This document shows, piece by piece, positions 25,950 through 38,418 of a DNA stretch of 64,000 bases. Position 1 is the stretch's first letter. Every line of letters begins with the position of its first letter. Source of the DNA: Eledone cirrhosa (taxonomy: Eukaryota). The DNA is taken from contig OZ024740.1 of assembly GCA_964016885.1 (NCBI GenBank), positions 38,874,001 through 38,938,000 of the forward strand. Reading direction: 5' to 3'. Under the pieces are notes generated by a model. That model saw nothing but the letters and a program-made list of their open reading frames with translations, made no database searches and was not told the DNA's origin. A program made the translations under genes and the position numbers.

Positions 25950-26882
25950 TAATTGTTTCTATTTTTGGCACAAGACCAGCAATTATCCCAGTGCAACACT
26001 GGTACTTTATTTTATCGACCCCGTAAGGATAAAAGGCAAAGATAACCTCGGAGAGATGAACTCAGAATGGCCAGGGCCGTAACTCTGTGCTGCAAAGCAT
26101 GGCGTCAGACCCTGTACCGATACTGCCAATCCACCACTATGGATTGTATATCTAAACTATAATAAAGTAAGGGGTGCAGGACTGCATCAGGAATACATTT
26201 TTTTATATCGTTTGTAAAATAAGTTCGACTACTTTGAATAAATAGTGAATCAATATTACATAATTTATGTACTATTTTCGTAACTAAATTTCGTATTTAT
26301 AAATAATTTAAAATTGACTTCTTTTCAAAGTTACAAATTTCTAGACTTCCGGTATATCGTCGCCACCACTACCACTTCAACTACCATATATATGAAAAGA
26401 GAGAGTTTGTGATGAGAGAGAGAGTGATTATGACTTTCTCCACGCTGAAGCGTATGATTGTGCACATACATACATCTATATGTATGAGTATATAACTATA
26501 ACCGCGCAAACACAAACTTATAAAAATACACATCTCACGGACATACTTTCACACAAAAACATTCACACACATACAGTCATGATAGCGTTCGGTGAATACG
26601 AAATGGGAGGGTAAAACAAGTATAACGTTTTATTTATTTATTAACAACACAGTTTACTCTTTTTTTTTTAAACTCATTTATATATATGTAATATAATTGT
26701 TTCTACTTTTGGCACAAGGCTAGCAAATATCCAGTGCATTACTGGTACTTTATTTTTATCGACCCCGTAAGGATGAAAGGTAAAGTTAACCTCGGCGGGA
26801 TTTGAACTCAGAATGGCAAGGACCATAACTCTATGCGTCAACGAATGGTGTCCGACCCTCTACCGATACTGCCAATCCACCT
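25950..26882 (-). mobile_element. two separate SINE copies (about 25950-26137 and 26695-26882)
   Basis: Match the consensus; the second is flanked by the direct repeat ATGTAATATAAT. Confidence 0.85.
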
Positions 26883-26909
26883 CCTTCACATATAAATGTA
26901 ATATAATGA

Positions 26910-27560
26910 TTACAGAACGAAAACACTAACAAATATAATATATACAAAGGAAAGGGAAAGGAAAAAAAGAAAGAGAAAAAATACACAAGCACGTAATACC
27001 CACATCTTAGACCCCATAGAACAATATGCAGTCGAAAGAATGGAAAAACGAAACGCTACCAGAGCAAAAGATAGCAATATAGCGAGAAGGACTGGGAAAC
27101 CTCTCTAATAATTTTTGTGGCAGGCCAACACGCTCGCGGCGTTACCTGGGGTGATGGCGAGGCTGAGGTGCTGGAACAACCAAGAGCCCTCACGAGCATC
27201 ACCAGTTACCTCTATTTGGTGAGCCGCCAGTGAAGATAAGAACCTCGCTGTCAGTAGCCCGACTCCTCGAAACGTCTCAAACGCCACAGGCTGGATAATG
27301 TAGTTAGCTGACAGAACACGGTATTTTAGGATTTTGTTTGGTTCAGCTGCGGATGCTGTAGCTCTCGCCCTTGCCTCTGCATCCAGGATGTGGGAAGAGG
27401 CAAAAGAGTCACTAACTGTGACGTCCCAGGTAAGGCACCTGCCTCTTGACCAGGGGCACAGAGTAAGGCCGCCAAGTCTTTTCCCATCAATTTTGGACAA
27501 CCCAGACGGTTCCAAAATTGAGGGGATGTTTGCCCGGGCCAAAGCTCTTGAGTGGTAATA
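26910..27560 (-). mobile_element. CRE-clade non-LTR 3' fragment with open RLE-domain frame
   Basis: ORF 27105-27581: RALARANIPSILEPSGLSKIDGKRLGGLTLCPWSRGRCLTWDVTVSD...KY...PVAFETF...LFQHLSLAI..GNAASVL. Confidence 0.9.
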
Positions 27561-27744
27561 GGACAGTGTGTGTATGTGCACAGGCGAGTTTGTCGGTGTT
27601 CTTGAATTAGAGACGTGTGTGTGTGTGTCACTTTTTTTAAGTTAGAGACATATATGTGTGTATCCTTTTCCTTCTTTTACACACACATACATTCACACAA
27701 ACACATTGTGTGATGGACGGGTGGACAGAACTCCTTCAAATTTA

Positions 27745-28395
27745 TATACATGTGAATGGAGTTCTACTGAAGCAGTTAGAGAAGTTCAAGTATCTTGGAG
27801 CCGTGTTCATGAGTAATGGAATGCAGGAGGCTGAATTAAGGGCAAGAATTGCAAAAACTGATGCAATAATGCGCCAGCCTCAGCATTCATCAATCAGATG
27901 AAGGGGGTAGGTATAAAAGCCAAACTCACTGTCTTCCTGGTATTCCTGCCAACTCTTACCGAGGATCATGAATCTTGAGTAATGACCAAAAGAATACAAT
28001 TACAAATAAAAGCGGCAGAAATGGGATCCCTCCGAAGGGTCTTTGGAGTAACGTTACTCGATAAAGTGCATAACTCAGAGACCAGAGAGTCACTCCTGGT
28101 AGAGCCGCTACTTCTCCGAATTGAGAGATCACAACTCCGATATTATGAGCATATGGTTAGAATGTCTCAGTAAAGAATCGCTGGACAAATTTTACAGGTA
28201 AAACCAACCGGCAAGAGACCCAAAGGTAGACCCTGAGCAAGATAGTTGGATAACATCCATGAGCTTGGCTGGTCATGCTTTGGGATCCAGCTGGATCAGT
28301 TAGAGATGTTTGCTACTGACAGACACGCTGGAGGGAGTGTTTGAGAAGGACTCTGCCCCCACGACCCTCTCAGAAATAAGTGGGCGAAGAAGAAA
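27745..28395 (+). mobile_element. RTE-clade LINE 3' fragment
   Basis: LKQLEKFKYLG...RIAK; IKAAEMGSLRR..GVTLLDKV.N..RESL.VEPLLLRIERSQLRYY.HM.RM; GKRPKGRP; GAA tail. Confidence 0.9.
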
Positions 28396-29157
28396 ATATT
28401 GCCAATTTACTTTTCAATTTACATATATATATTTGCGTATAATATCAATATGCACACTACATATGCTAGCAGAAAACCGACAAAGGGCGGTTTTTCTGCT
28501 AGTATATATAATACTGAAATGAAGCTATCGAAAAGGACCGATATACCTTCGGTCGTTTTCCCACTCACTCAATAATTTAATTAAGTCACTATCATTACGA
28601 TACCAGCCGAAGGTAATTAGAGCACACACTAACACGTTAAATAGTGAGAAAAACGATTTCGTGTGAATTCATGTATGTATGTCCAAAAATGTGTAAATAT
28701 GTATATACACATGTACATATGTATGTGTATGTATATACGCAGAAACATAGAAATAGTCGGGCTGGATACCCGAAAGCGCAGTTTAAACCATTAGGAGTGA
28801 AAGACCCGTAGCCTTTGTCAGTTGCATTCTGGGAGAAGGCAACTCAGGAAACTGGGATAACTCCGACATAAAACCTGCGGCTCAGTAGTTACCGATGATG
28901 TTGATCTTTTCTACTTATCGGGTTATAGCTACTGTCGCTCAGAGAGTGGGATTGGTTCAGTGCAAAGTCTTTCCTCACTTTAAAATAATCTTTGCGCACA
29001 GGCATTGCACGATAGGATTAATTAATAATTATTAATAATATTATATCGTGCAATGGTCATACTCGATAACGAGGGGGAAGCCATCATAATCATGTATGTA
29101 TGTATGTATGTATGTATGTATGTATGTATGTATGTATGTATGTATGTATGTATGTAT

Positions 29158-30182
29158 GTCAGGTCACCAGTTGGTGCTACTGGTAACATGTATCCCAGTG
29201 CAACCTGTCTCATGGTCGGGTCGTTGGCGACTAAACTGGCAACCCCACCAAGGTTTCTTGGTGAGGAGGGTGACTTTGGACATCCTGCAGGACTAAAAAC
29301 AAAACCTGTCAAAGGGCAAAGGAGCTCTTAAGAGTCAATGGCCATCCAAAATCACAGGGAGAGATGACCCCTTAGCCTTTGTCAAGGCAGAATTCTAGGA
29401 GAAGGAAAACTCTGATATAACACCTGCAACCCTGATGGTATCCAATGATGTTGACTTGTTCTTCTTTTTGGTAAATATCATCTTGGTTAAGAGAGTGGGA
29501 CTGGCTTTGTGCAGTGCCTTTGCTCACTATAAAAGCTTCACGGCACAGGCATTGCTTTATATCTGAAGATCTCTCTGCACTTGTCCTCACATGGTACCAT
29601 GGGCCCAGCACTATGTGTCAATAATTGTCACAAGTGTAGTGTTTGTACCAGAGTTTTCAAGTCGCTGGCTGGACTAAAAAGTCACACTCGTTCAGCGCAT
29701 CAGTAGGGGTTCTCCTACATGGATATAAAGTAGTGGCCGTACTCGAAGACGAGTTGGCAGCCACCACCATGTATGTATGGAGAGATGACCCCTTAGCCTT
29801 TGTCAAGACAGAATTCTAGGAGAAGGAAAACTCTGATATAACACCTGCAACTCTGATGGTATCCAATGATGTTGACTTGTTCTTCTTTTTGGTAAATATC
29901 ATCTTGGTTAAGAGAGTGGGACTGGCTTTGTGCAGTGCCTTTGCTCCCTATAAAAGCTTCACCACACAGGCATTGCTTTATATCTGGAGATCTCACTTGT
30001 CGTCACATGGTACCATGGGCCCAGCACTATGTGTCAATAATTGTCACAAGTGTAGTGTTTGTACCAGAGTTTTCAAGTCGCTGGCTGGACTAAAAGGTCA
30101 CACTTGTTCAGCGCATCGGTAGGGGTTCTCCTACATGGATATAAAGTAGTGGCCGTACTCGAAAACGAGTTGGCAGCCACCA
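29158..30182 (+). mobile_element. RTE-derived bipartite non-autonomous element: full copy 29158-29768 and 5'-truncated tandem copy 29779-30182
   Basis: Preceded by (TATG)n; RTE-like 5' UTR motif GGAGAAGGAAAACTCTG; terminal C2H2 remnant [19 protein letters not shown]; ends GGCAGCCACCAT. Confidence 0.75.
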
Positions 30183-30204
30183 TATATATATATATATATA
30201 TATA

Positions 30205-30311
<107 letters not shown>

Positions 30312-30319
30312 GCATGTAT

Positions 30320-30821
30320 GTCAGGTCGCTCTCGAGTGCTACTGGTAACATGTAATCCAGTACAACCTGTCTCGGCGACTAAACCGCCAACCCCACCAAG
30401 CTTATTTGGTGAGGAGGGTGATATTTGGACACCCTGCGGGATGAAATACAAGACCTGGCAAAGGGTGGAGGAACTCAGCAGAGTCAACGGCCATCCAAAT
30501 AGTACCTTTTTTCACCTGGGAGTGAAAGATCCCCAGTTGTTATTAGAACACCTTTCTAGGAGAAGAAACTCTGGAAAAAAACACGCGGCTTCGGAAGCAT
30601 CCGATGTTGACCAGTTCTCCTTTTCGGGTAGTCTTTTCGATGCTCAGAGAGTGGGAGTAGTCGAGTCAAGGCCTTTCCCCACTTAAAAAACCTTCAAAGC
30701 ACAGGCATTGCTTGTTCAGGATCTGTTACAGGTTCGTGTGGCTGGCCGTGGCCTAAAAGTGCACCGAACTCTATAATCTGACAAGCGATTGCAACACTCT
30801 TAACAGAGTTTGCAGCCATCA
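30320..30821 (+). mobile_element. sister subfamily of the RTE-derived bipartite element (also about 28770-29008, 59005-59087, and diverged 39378-39620)
   Basis: Same 5' start GTCAGGTC..CTACTGGTAACATGTA; different 3' part ending TTGCAGCCATCAT. Confidence 0.65.
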
Positions 30822-30823
30822 TG

Positions 30824-30951
<128 letters not shown>

Positions 30952-31427
30952 GCATGTATATGTATATATATATATATGTGTGTGTGTGTGTTGGTATATA
31001 TATTTATGTGTATGTATATATGCATGCATATATGTACGTATGTATATGTGTGTGTGTGTATATAATTATTTAATTGATTTACGGACGTTTCTATCAATAG
31101 AGCAAGATGTTCCATAATTCTTCTCTGTGCTGATTTCTTCAGAATCCGTTAAACAATATATATAACATATTTATCTTCGTTGTCAGACAACTTCAATTCG
31201 AAAATGTAAACAAGTTTAAATTACAGTTAGTAAGACGTTAAAACTTTATAAGAAGACTAGACATACAAATTATTAGTGATAAAATATAACGTGCCATAAC
31301 TAACCAATATTTATTTGACTAATAAAATCTAATCCACGTATATTAGACTCTACAATAACATTATAGGATCATAATCAGAGCTCATAAATTTAAACATACT
31401 TATTAATTGAAGTAACAACAATTTCAA

Positions 31428-32120
31428 GGAAAAAATGAAACGAAATTTCATTTCCCACTCTTAGTACGGCTGTTACTTAAATATAAGTATGTACACGTAC
31501 ATACATATATGTATACAGACGTACAGTAGTATGTATATATATATACATACATGCACACATATATATATATATATGCACGTATGGATTCACCGAACATTTA
31601 TTATAATGCTCGTTGTGTTTGTAAACAAACATCCCGTATTAAGCCGTAGTGTCCAGCAACCATCGTTGCTCGTTTGTTCAACACTGACAAGGGAACGCTG
31701 TACTAGTTTCAAGCTTATTAGCTATCGTCAGCAACGTATACCTTCCTGCCAGATTGTTGAACGTATATACTTACCTTATGCATATTAACGGCTGAGTAGC
31801 CCAATTTGCATATCGAGTGGGTTAATCGGCCGGGTGCACTGAAAACGATAAGCGGAAAAAATGAAACGAAATTTCATTTCCCACTCTTAGTACGGCTGTT
31901 ATTTAAATATAAGTATGTAGACGTACATTCATATATGTATACAGACGTACAGTAGTATGTATATATATATACATACATGCACGCATATATATATGCACGT
32001 ATGGATTCACCGAACATTTATTATAATGCTCGGTGTGTTTGTAAACAAACATCCCGTATTAAGCCGTAGTGTCCAGCAACCATCATTGCTCGTTTGTTCA
32101 ACACTGACAAATTTCAAGCT
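31428..32120. repeat. tandem duplication of a MITE-like unit (period about 427 bp; second copy truncated)
   Basis: GGAAAAAATGAAACGAAATTTCATTTCCCACTCTTAGTACGG at about 31428 and 31855. Confidence 0.85.
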
Positions 32121-32169
32121 TAACATTAATATATTATATTAAGAAAAATATATTGTTTTTCTTAATATA

Positions 32170-32384
32170 ATTGTTTCTACTTTTGGCACAAGGCCAGCAA
32201 TTACCCAATATATTATTGGTACTTTATTTTATCGACCCCGTAAGGATGAAAGGCAAAGTTAACCTCGGCGGGATTTGACCTCACCAAGGTTAACTTTGCC
32301 TTTCATCCTTACGGGATCGATAAAATAAAGTACCAGTAATGTATTGGATAATTGCTAGCCTTGTGCCAAAAGTAGAAACAATTA
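32170..32384. mobile_element. palindromic fusion of two SINE 3' halves
   Basis: Minus-strand 3' half joined to plus-strand 3' half at about 32280. Confidence 0.85.
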
Positions 32385-32724
32385 TTAGAAACATTGCTTC
32401 ATTTTTACTATATATTTACATCGCTGTTGGATTACTTCAGAAGCGACCCAAACCAATATGGTCGAGAATCGGCATGAAGGAATTTCAACAAAAAAAACTA
32501 TTTAACCTAATAACAAATGTCTTGATAATCCAAAACGGAGAAAGCAAGCTTTGCTAACATCAATTATAACACCAATTCTTTTACATGTTATAAAGATCCT
32601 TTATATACATACCAGGCGCGCTTTTCAAACCCCTCTTTTTATCACTTTTCTTATATAACTTAATCTGTATAGAACGTTTCCTAACGTCCACACTTTCGTC
32701 GCAACACTGATTCCCTTTTTTCTG

Positions 32725-32775
<51 letters not shown>

Positions 32776-32780
<5 letters not shown>

Positions 32781-33045
32781 AAAAAAGATGAAATCGATGC
32801 AACTGGAGTCTTATTTTAAAAAAAATATATATATTTATTTGGTTCCTTTACCGGTTTCGCAGTTCTTCTGCTTTTCAAAAGTAAAGTTGAGATGGAGGGT
32901 CTGTGGTTTTTCTCACATCAGATGTGAGAAAAACCACAGACCCTCCATCTCAACTCTGCGAAACCGGTAAAGGAACCAAATAAATATATATATATGTTTT
33001 TAAATAAGACTCCAGTTGCATTTTCGATTTCATCTTTTTTCCTTA
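32776..33045. mobile_element. fold-back copy of family A next to (TA)n
   Basis: Palindrome centred at 32920 (CTCACATC-A-GATGTGAG). Confidence 0.8.
32846..32881 (-). ncRNA. minimal type-I hammerhead motif, U3-A8 variant
   Basis: CTT-TTGAAAA-GCAG-AAGAA-CTGC-GAAA-CCGG-TA-AAG. Confidence 0.65.
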
Positions 33046-33150
33046 AACTTTCACTCGTGTAGGACACCTCGGTTATTTTTCATTTTGTAAAAAAAAACCT
33101 CACTTTCTAATATATATATATATAATTATTTATTTATATATATATATATA

Positions 33151-33292
33151 CAGGTAAAATTCCGTTATAACAAATACCATTATAACGAAATTTATTTCAA
33201 TCCGCTGCCACACGCTCGATCACATTATAAAGAACTTTTCGTTACAACGAATTTTGTTTATAGCCCATGAATTTCGTTATAACGGAATTTCA

Positions 33293-33295
<3 letters not shown>
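33151..33295. mobile_element. pogo/Tigger-like MITE
   Basis: TA-CAGGTAAAATTCCGTTATAAC ... GTTATAACGGAATTTCACTG-TA. Confidence 0.8.
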
Positions 33296-33363
<68 letters not shown>

Positions 33364-33521
33364 CATTATCGGAGAAAGCTTTTAGCGATACTCCGGCCAA
33401 ATCCCAACTCACTCAACAAACATTAGGAAATAACTGAGTATATTCCTAATTAAACGTTCGGGGTGCTAACTAATTGTATTGTGTGGAGAATTGGCTGTTT
33501 ATTTCATATGAGACATATCGA

Positions 33522-33554
<33 letters not shown>

Positions 33555-33715
33555 ACGAAAGAGTTGTGGTAAGGAACCAGATGGCGCACCAGAGTACTCA
33601 ATACTTAGGGTAGTAGAGTGGGTAATAGGAAAATGTATGACCCCGACGGCAGAGCTCAAGCCGTTTCGATGGCTATTTATGGACTATATATATATATATA
33701 TATTTAATATAGAAA

Positions 33716-33766
33716 GGCTTCTACAGGACTAGAACTGTTTCATTCGGTAGAAATCATCAGGAAGCC
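33716..33766 (-). ncRNA. type-I hammerhead ribozyme motif (inverted second copy at 33766-33810, plus strand)
   Basis: GGCTTC-CTGATGA-TTTCTACCGAAT-GAAA-CAG-TTCTAGTC-CTG-TA-GAAGCC; perfect 6-bp stem I. Confidence 0.8.
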
Positions 33767-34058
33767 TGATGATTTCTACCGAATGAAACAGTTCTAGTCC
33801 TGTATAAGCCTTTCTATATTAAATATTTATACTCTGCTTTGTATTGAGTACCTTACTTACTGTGGTTACTCCCGATTGAACCCGGGATAAACCTATATAT
33901 ATATATATATATTTACGTAAAGTTCGGAGGGTATGTGCATAAACACTTACTCACCGTACTGTATTATTGCAGTATTGTGTTAGCTCAATGTACGTAGACA
34001 GAGCCGTTATATGCAAAAGAAACCAAAGAACGCTTACATACTCAAACAGTCTTTATTC

Positions 34059-34103
34059 ACTAACAATGTTTCATCCTCACCTTTAGGCAGGAATCATCAG
34101 AGC
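34059..34103 (-). ncRNA. hammerhead-like motif with weak stem I
   Basis: GCT-CTGATGA-TTCCT..AGGAT-GAAA-CATTG-TT-AGT. Confidence 0.5.
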
Positions 34104-35048
34104 TCAACAAATACCGTGTTGAGTATAAGCTCCACAATAACTTAGTCAGCTGAACAATCAGAAAAAATAATATGGGGATTGGAGATAGCTAACAAAGAGG
34201 TTCATGTTTGGGTTACTAAGCATCACTGCAAATTACCAAGGTACAATTGGATTCAACAAGATGAAGACACAGTAGATGGCACTCAAAATGTAGAATGTAA
34301 AATTAAAAAGTGTGAAAGCATAAAAAAGTACATAATAAATACATAAAAATGCATAAAAATACATAAAAAATACATTAAAATATATGAAAAATACATAAAG
34401 AAATACAGGCAAATATTAAAACATAATATAAATTATATTAAAGTAATAAAAAATATAAGAATAAAGATAAAAAATAATTATAAAGATAATATAAAATGAA
34501 ATGAAGAAAAATAAAATAAAATAAAATAAAATCCAATAAAGAAAAGTAATTAAATAAAATATACTAAAATAAATTAAAATACAATAAATTAATATTAAAA
34601 AAATATATAATAAAATAATAATAAATGATAATAAAATAATAAAATTATATAATAATAAGAAAAAATTAAATTAAAAGGAATAAAAATATTTAATAAATTG
34701 AGAAAAAGTTATATTTTATGAGTCCTTAGAGAAGCAAGTAATTACAAGCGCAGTTCCTAGCAACACAAGCGAATGTAGAATGAGTAGAATGTAGAATGTA
34801 GAATGTCAGTTGTCTATATACAGGCGTGAATAGATCATTTTGGTACATCACAAAGGACGACAGTAATTCGAATGACCATCATACTATATATATATATATA
34901 TATATATATACAAAATTATCCAAAATTAAGATAAATTGAATTAAATTAAATTAAATCAAATTAAATTAAGGGTGTCATGTCAGATAGACATGCGCCATAT
35001 CACCCGTAAAATATGCTCCAAGATTCTAATGAGTAGATCCGAGCATTT

Positions 35049-35451
35049 TATATCAACTAGAAATTGATTGACATATAATTAAACATATGAAACAATCACA
35101 GACGATAATTTGTAAAAGTGTGTAGGCACACATAGCTAGGTAGGTAACTAAATAAAGTTTAACTAGAACTTCAGAAATAGATACCTTATAATTTGATTAA
35201 TCTTCCTCGTATATATTCCATTAAAGAAATATATTTCACCAATGACAGTAGCCAGGTCCTGGATTTTCAACAAGGAAGAGGTCCAGCGATCTGTGTTTAC
35301 GCATCAAGTTCAAATCAGCGACTGGCCATTTTTGAAGTTCTAGTTAACTTTATTTAGTTACCTACCTAGCTATGTGTGCCTACACACTTTTACAAATTAT
35401 CCCCTGTGATTGTTTCATATGTTTAATTATATGTCAATCAATTTCTAGTTG

Positions 35452-35456
<5 letters not shown>
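35049..35456. repeat. inverted repeat, about 125-bp arms, abutting (TA)n
   Basis: 35049-35173 is the reverse complement of 35333-35456. Confidence 0.85.
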
Positions 35457-35548
<92 letters not shown>

Positions 35549-35864
35549 CATACATTCATACATACATACATATTTATAAAAGAACCAGTTGTTTTTCTAT
35601 AAGTATTAATTGATGGAATATACGACAGTGTCTCTGATTTTCTTTTATTCTAACAGAAAGATATTCTCTCCTGAAATAAGGTAACTTTTTAAATAATAGA
35701 ATCATTATTGATTTTCTTCTGATTCTTCTTCAATTTCCTCCTCTGTTCAGATTTCCCCGGTGTTTATTTTGGTTTCCTTCTCTTTATTTATATTTAAACA
35801 TTTTGTGAATCCTTTTTTGTTTTCTGACTTTCCGGTAAATTTTTATTTAAAAGAAAGCAGTAAC

Positions 35865-36252
35865 GCTATCTATCTATGTATCTATCCATTCTTTCAGCCT
35901 TCCACGCTATCTCTCTATCAATGTTTCTATCTATTAATCCAATATTTCTAACTTTTAATTCTTTCCTTTCGCCAACCTATCTAGCTATCCATATTTCTGT
36001 CCAGCTATCATTCTTTCCTTTAGCCAACCTATCTATCTATCCATATTTCTGTCCAGCTATCATTCTTTCCTTTAGCCAACCTATCTATCTATCGATATTT
36101 CTGTCCAGCTTTCAATTCGTTCCTTTAGCCAACCTATCTATCTCTCTATCGATATTTCTACCTATCAATCCATTCCTTTAACTATCTAACCTATCTTTCT
36201 ATAAATGTATTTCTAGCTATTAATTCATTCCTTTAGCTAACCTATCTATCTA

Positions 36253-36291
<39 letters not shown>

Positions 36292-36364
36292 GGCTGCCTG
36301 TCTGTATATCTATGTATCTCTCTATCTATCTATCTGTCTGTCTGTCTGTCTGCCTGTCTGTCTA

Positions 36365-36415
<51 letters not shown>

Positions 36416-36505
36416 GCCTGGCTGCCTGTCTGTATATCTATGTATCTATCTATCTATCTATATTTTCTGTCTGGCTATCAATTCATTCCTTTAGCCAACC
36501 TATCC
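35865..36505. repeat. degenerate ~52-bp minisatellite plus (TCTA)n/(TCTG)n
   Basis: Repeated CCTTTAGCCAACCTATCTATCTATC.ATATTTCTGTCCAGCTATC. Confidence 0.8.
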
Positions 36506-36699
36506 AGCTCTCTATTGATATTTCGGGAGGTAGACCACCGAAGGAAATATAATCATTCGTGTAGAAACGGACTGTCCATTGACAACTCTCACATCTTTAA
36601 ACTGCAGAGAATGTTCTCATGTATATTTACTTTTATTCTTCCCATCAATAATAAGATAATAACTAATCAGAACGCTTACAGCCTAACAATCACAATCTC

Positions 36700-36758
<59 letters not shown>

Positions 36759-37194
36759 ATGAGAAGAATGAATACTGCCTGGTTGCACATGGGTTACATA
36801 TGATAAAAATAGTCCTTCATCAGTGATTTTCCAACCTTCACTGGCACCTCATCGTTCCAAAAATCATATACCTCCAGTTGGTGCGAGCAATAGCTAAATA
36901 AAGCTACTGGGACAAGTAAACCGCGTAAAGCGAGCGAGACAAGTAAACAAACATATAAGGATAGCAACGCAAAGATAGGGGGGGGAAAAAGCACATGGGA
37001 GTCCAATCAGCTTAAACTGTGTGGAATTCATGGGCGAGAGAGACAGCAGACCGTCCGACGCGAGTGAGGTGTGAGCAAGAAAGGACCCCATTTCAGGCCA
37101 AACGGGAGGAAGTGAGAAGGGGAGAAGCAGAGAGTGAGTGAGTGGAAGTGCGAGGAAGAGGCCAGTCGAGAGAAAGTGTAACTGACAGAGGGGG

Positions 37195-37259
<65 letters not shown>

Positions 37260-37365
37260 CAACGAAGGAGGTGTGGTAAGGAACCAGGTGGACCATAACG
37301 CACCAGAGTACTCGATACTTTGGGTAGTAGAGGGGCTTGATCTCTGCCGTCGGGATTCTGACTCT

Positions 37366-37419
<54 letters not shown>

Positions 37420-37442
37420 GCATACACACACACACATATACA

Positions 37443-37503
<61 letters not shown>

Positions 37504-37553
37504 GAAAGGTATAGAAATTGTTGTAGCGAGAAGCTAACAGTATTCCATAACAT

Positions 37554-37587
<34 letters not shown>

Positions 37588-37857
37588 TGGTTTAAAGCGC
37601 CTAGTCGGTATCTGGGAGTTATGGTGTTTGATTTCCGTCTTTAAAGGTCTTCACACTATTTTATATGTTATACCACCTCTGGAAATGACCACATCATGCT
37701 TTATGTTAAATATATATTTATTTATTTATTTATTATGGCTAAGTGGTGAGCAGGTGAAACTCCGGAGTTACAAGACTGACTGACTACTTAGCTATAATAA
37801 ATGACTATTTTAACTCTACTCGGTATTGAATACTCATTTTCATATCCGTCAATAATG

Positions 37858-38062
37858 TGATTTCTAGTATAGGCACAAAGCCAGTAATTTTAGGGGCAAG
37901 AGAAAGTCGATTAAATCGACTCCAGTACGTTACTGGTGGTTTATTTTACCGACCCCGTAAGAATAAAAGACAAAGTTAACCTCGGCGGGATTTGAACTCA
38001 GATCGTAAAGAGCCGTAACTCTATGTTGCAAAGCTTGGCGTCAGACCATCTACCGAGACTGC
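37858..38062 (-). mobile_element. SINE
   Basis: Matches the consensus. Confidence 0.85.
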
Positions 38063-38074
38063 GTCAATAATATA

Positions 38075-38387
38075 CCGTTAGAATGTCTAAGAAAAGAATC
38101 GCTAAATAGATTCTACAGGCAAAGCCAAGAGACCCTGCAGTAGACCACGAGTAAAATGATTGGATAACATCCATAAGCTCGGTTGGTCCCTCGTGGGGAT
38201 CCAGCTGAATCAATTGGAGACGGTTGATTCTTATAGGACCACCTTCAAGAAGGCGTGTCTGGGGACTCTGCCTCCCGGGAATAAGTGGGCAAAGAAGAAG
38301 AAGAAGAAGAAGAAGAAAAAGAAGAAGAAGAAGAAGAAGAAGAAGAAGAAGAAGAAGAAGAAGAAGAAGAAGAAGAAGAAGAAGAAG

Positions 38388-38417
<30 letters not shown>
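38075..38417 (+). mobile_element. RTE 3' fragment with expanded (GAA)n tail
   Basis: Homology to 28155-28395; about 40 GAA units at 38293-38417. Confidence 0.8.

Positions 38418-38418
<1 letters not shown>

Noticed and set aside
29158-29245. HDV-like ribozyme at the 5' end of the RTE-derived element
   Set aside because: CTAA and a P2/P3-like pairing are present, but no P1 3' strand could be placed; kept only as an unassigned structure
36790-36830. CTGATGAAGGACTA...CATATG-TA on the minus strand near (TA)n
   Set aside because: GAAA missing and stem I unpaired; at most a decayed hammerhead
37745-37775. GAAA-CTCCGGAG-TT palindromic stem III-like motif
   Set aside because: No CUGANGA core or stem I upstream
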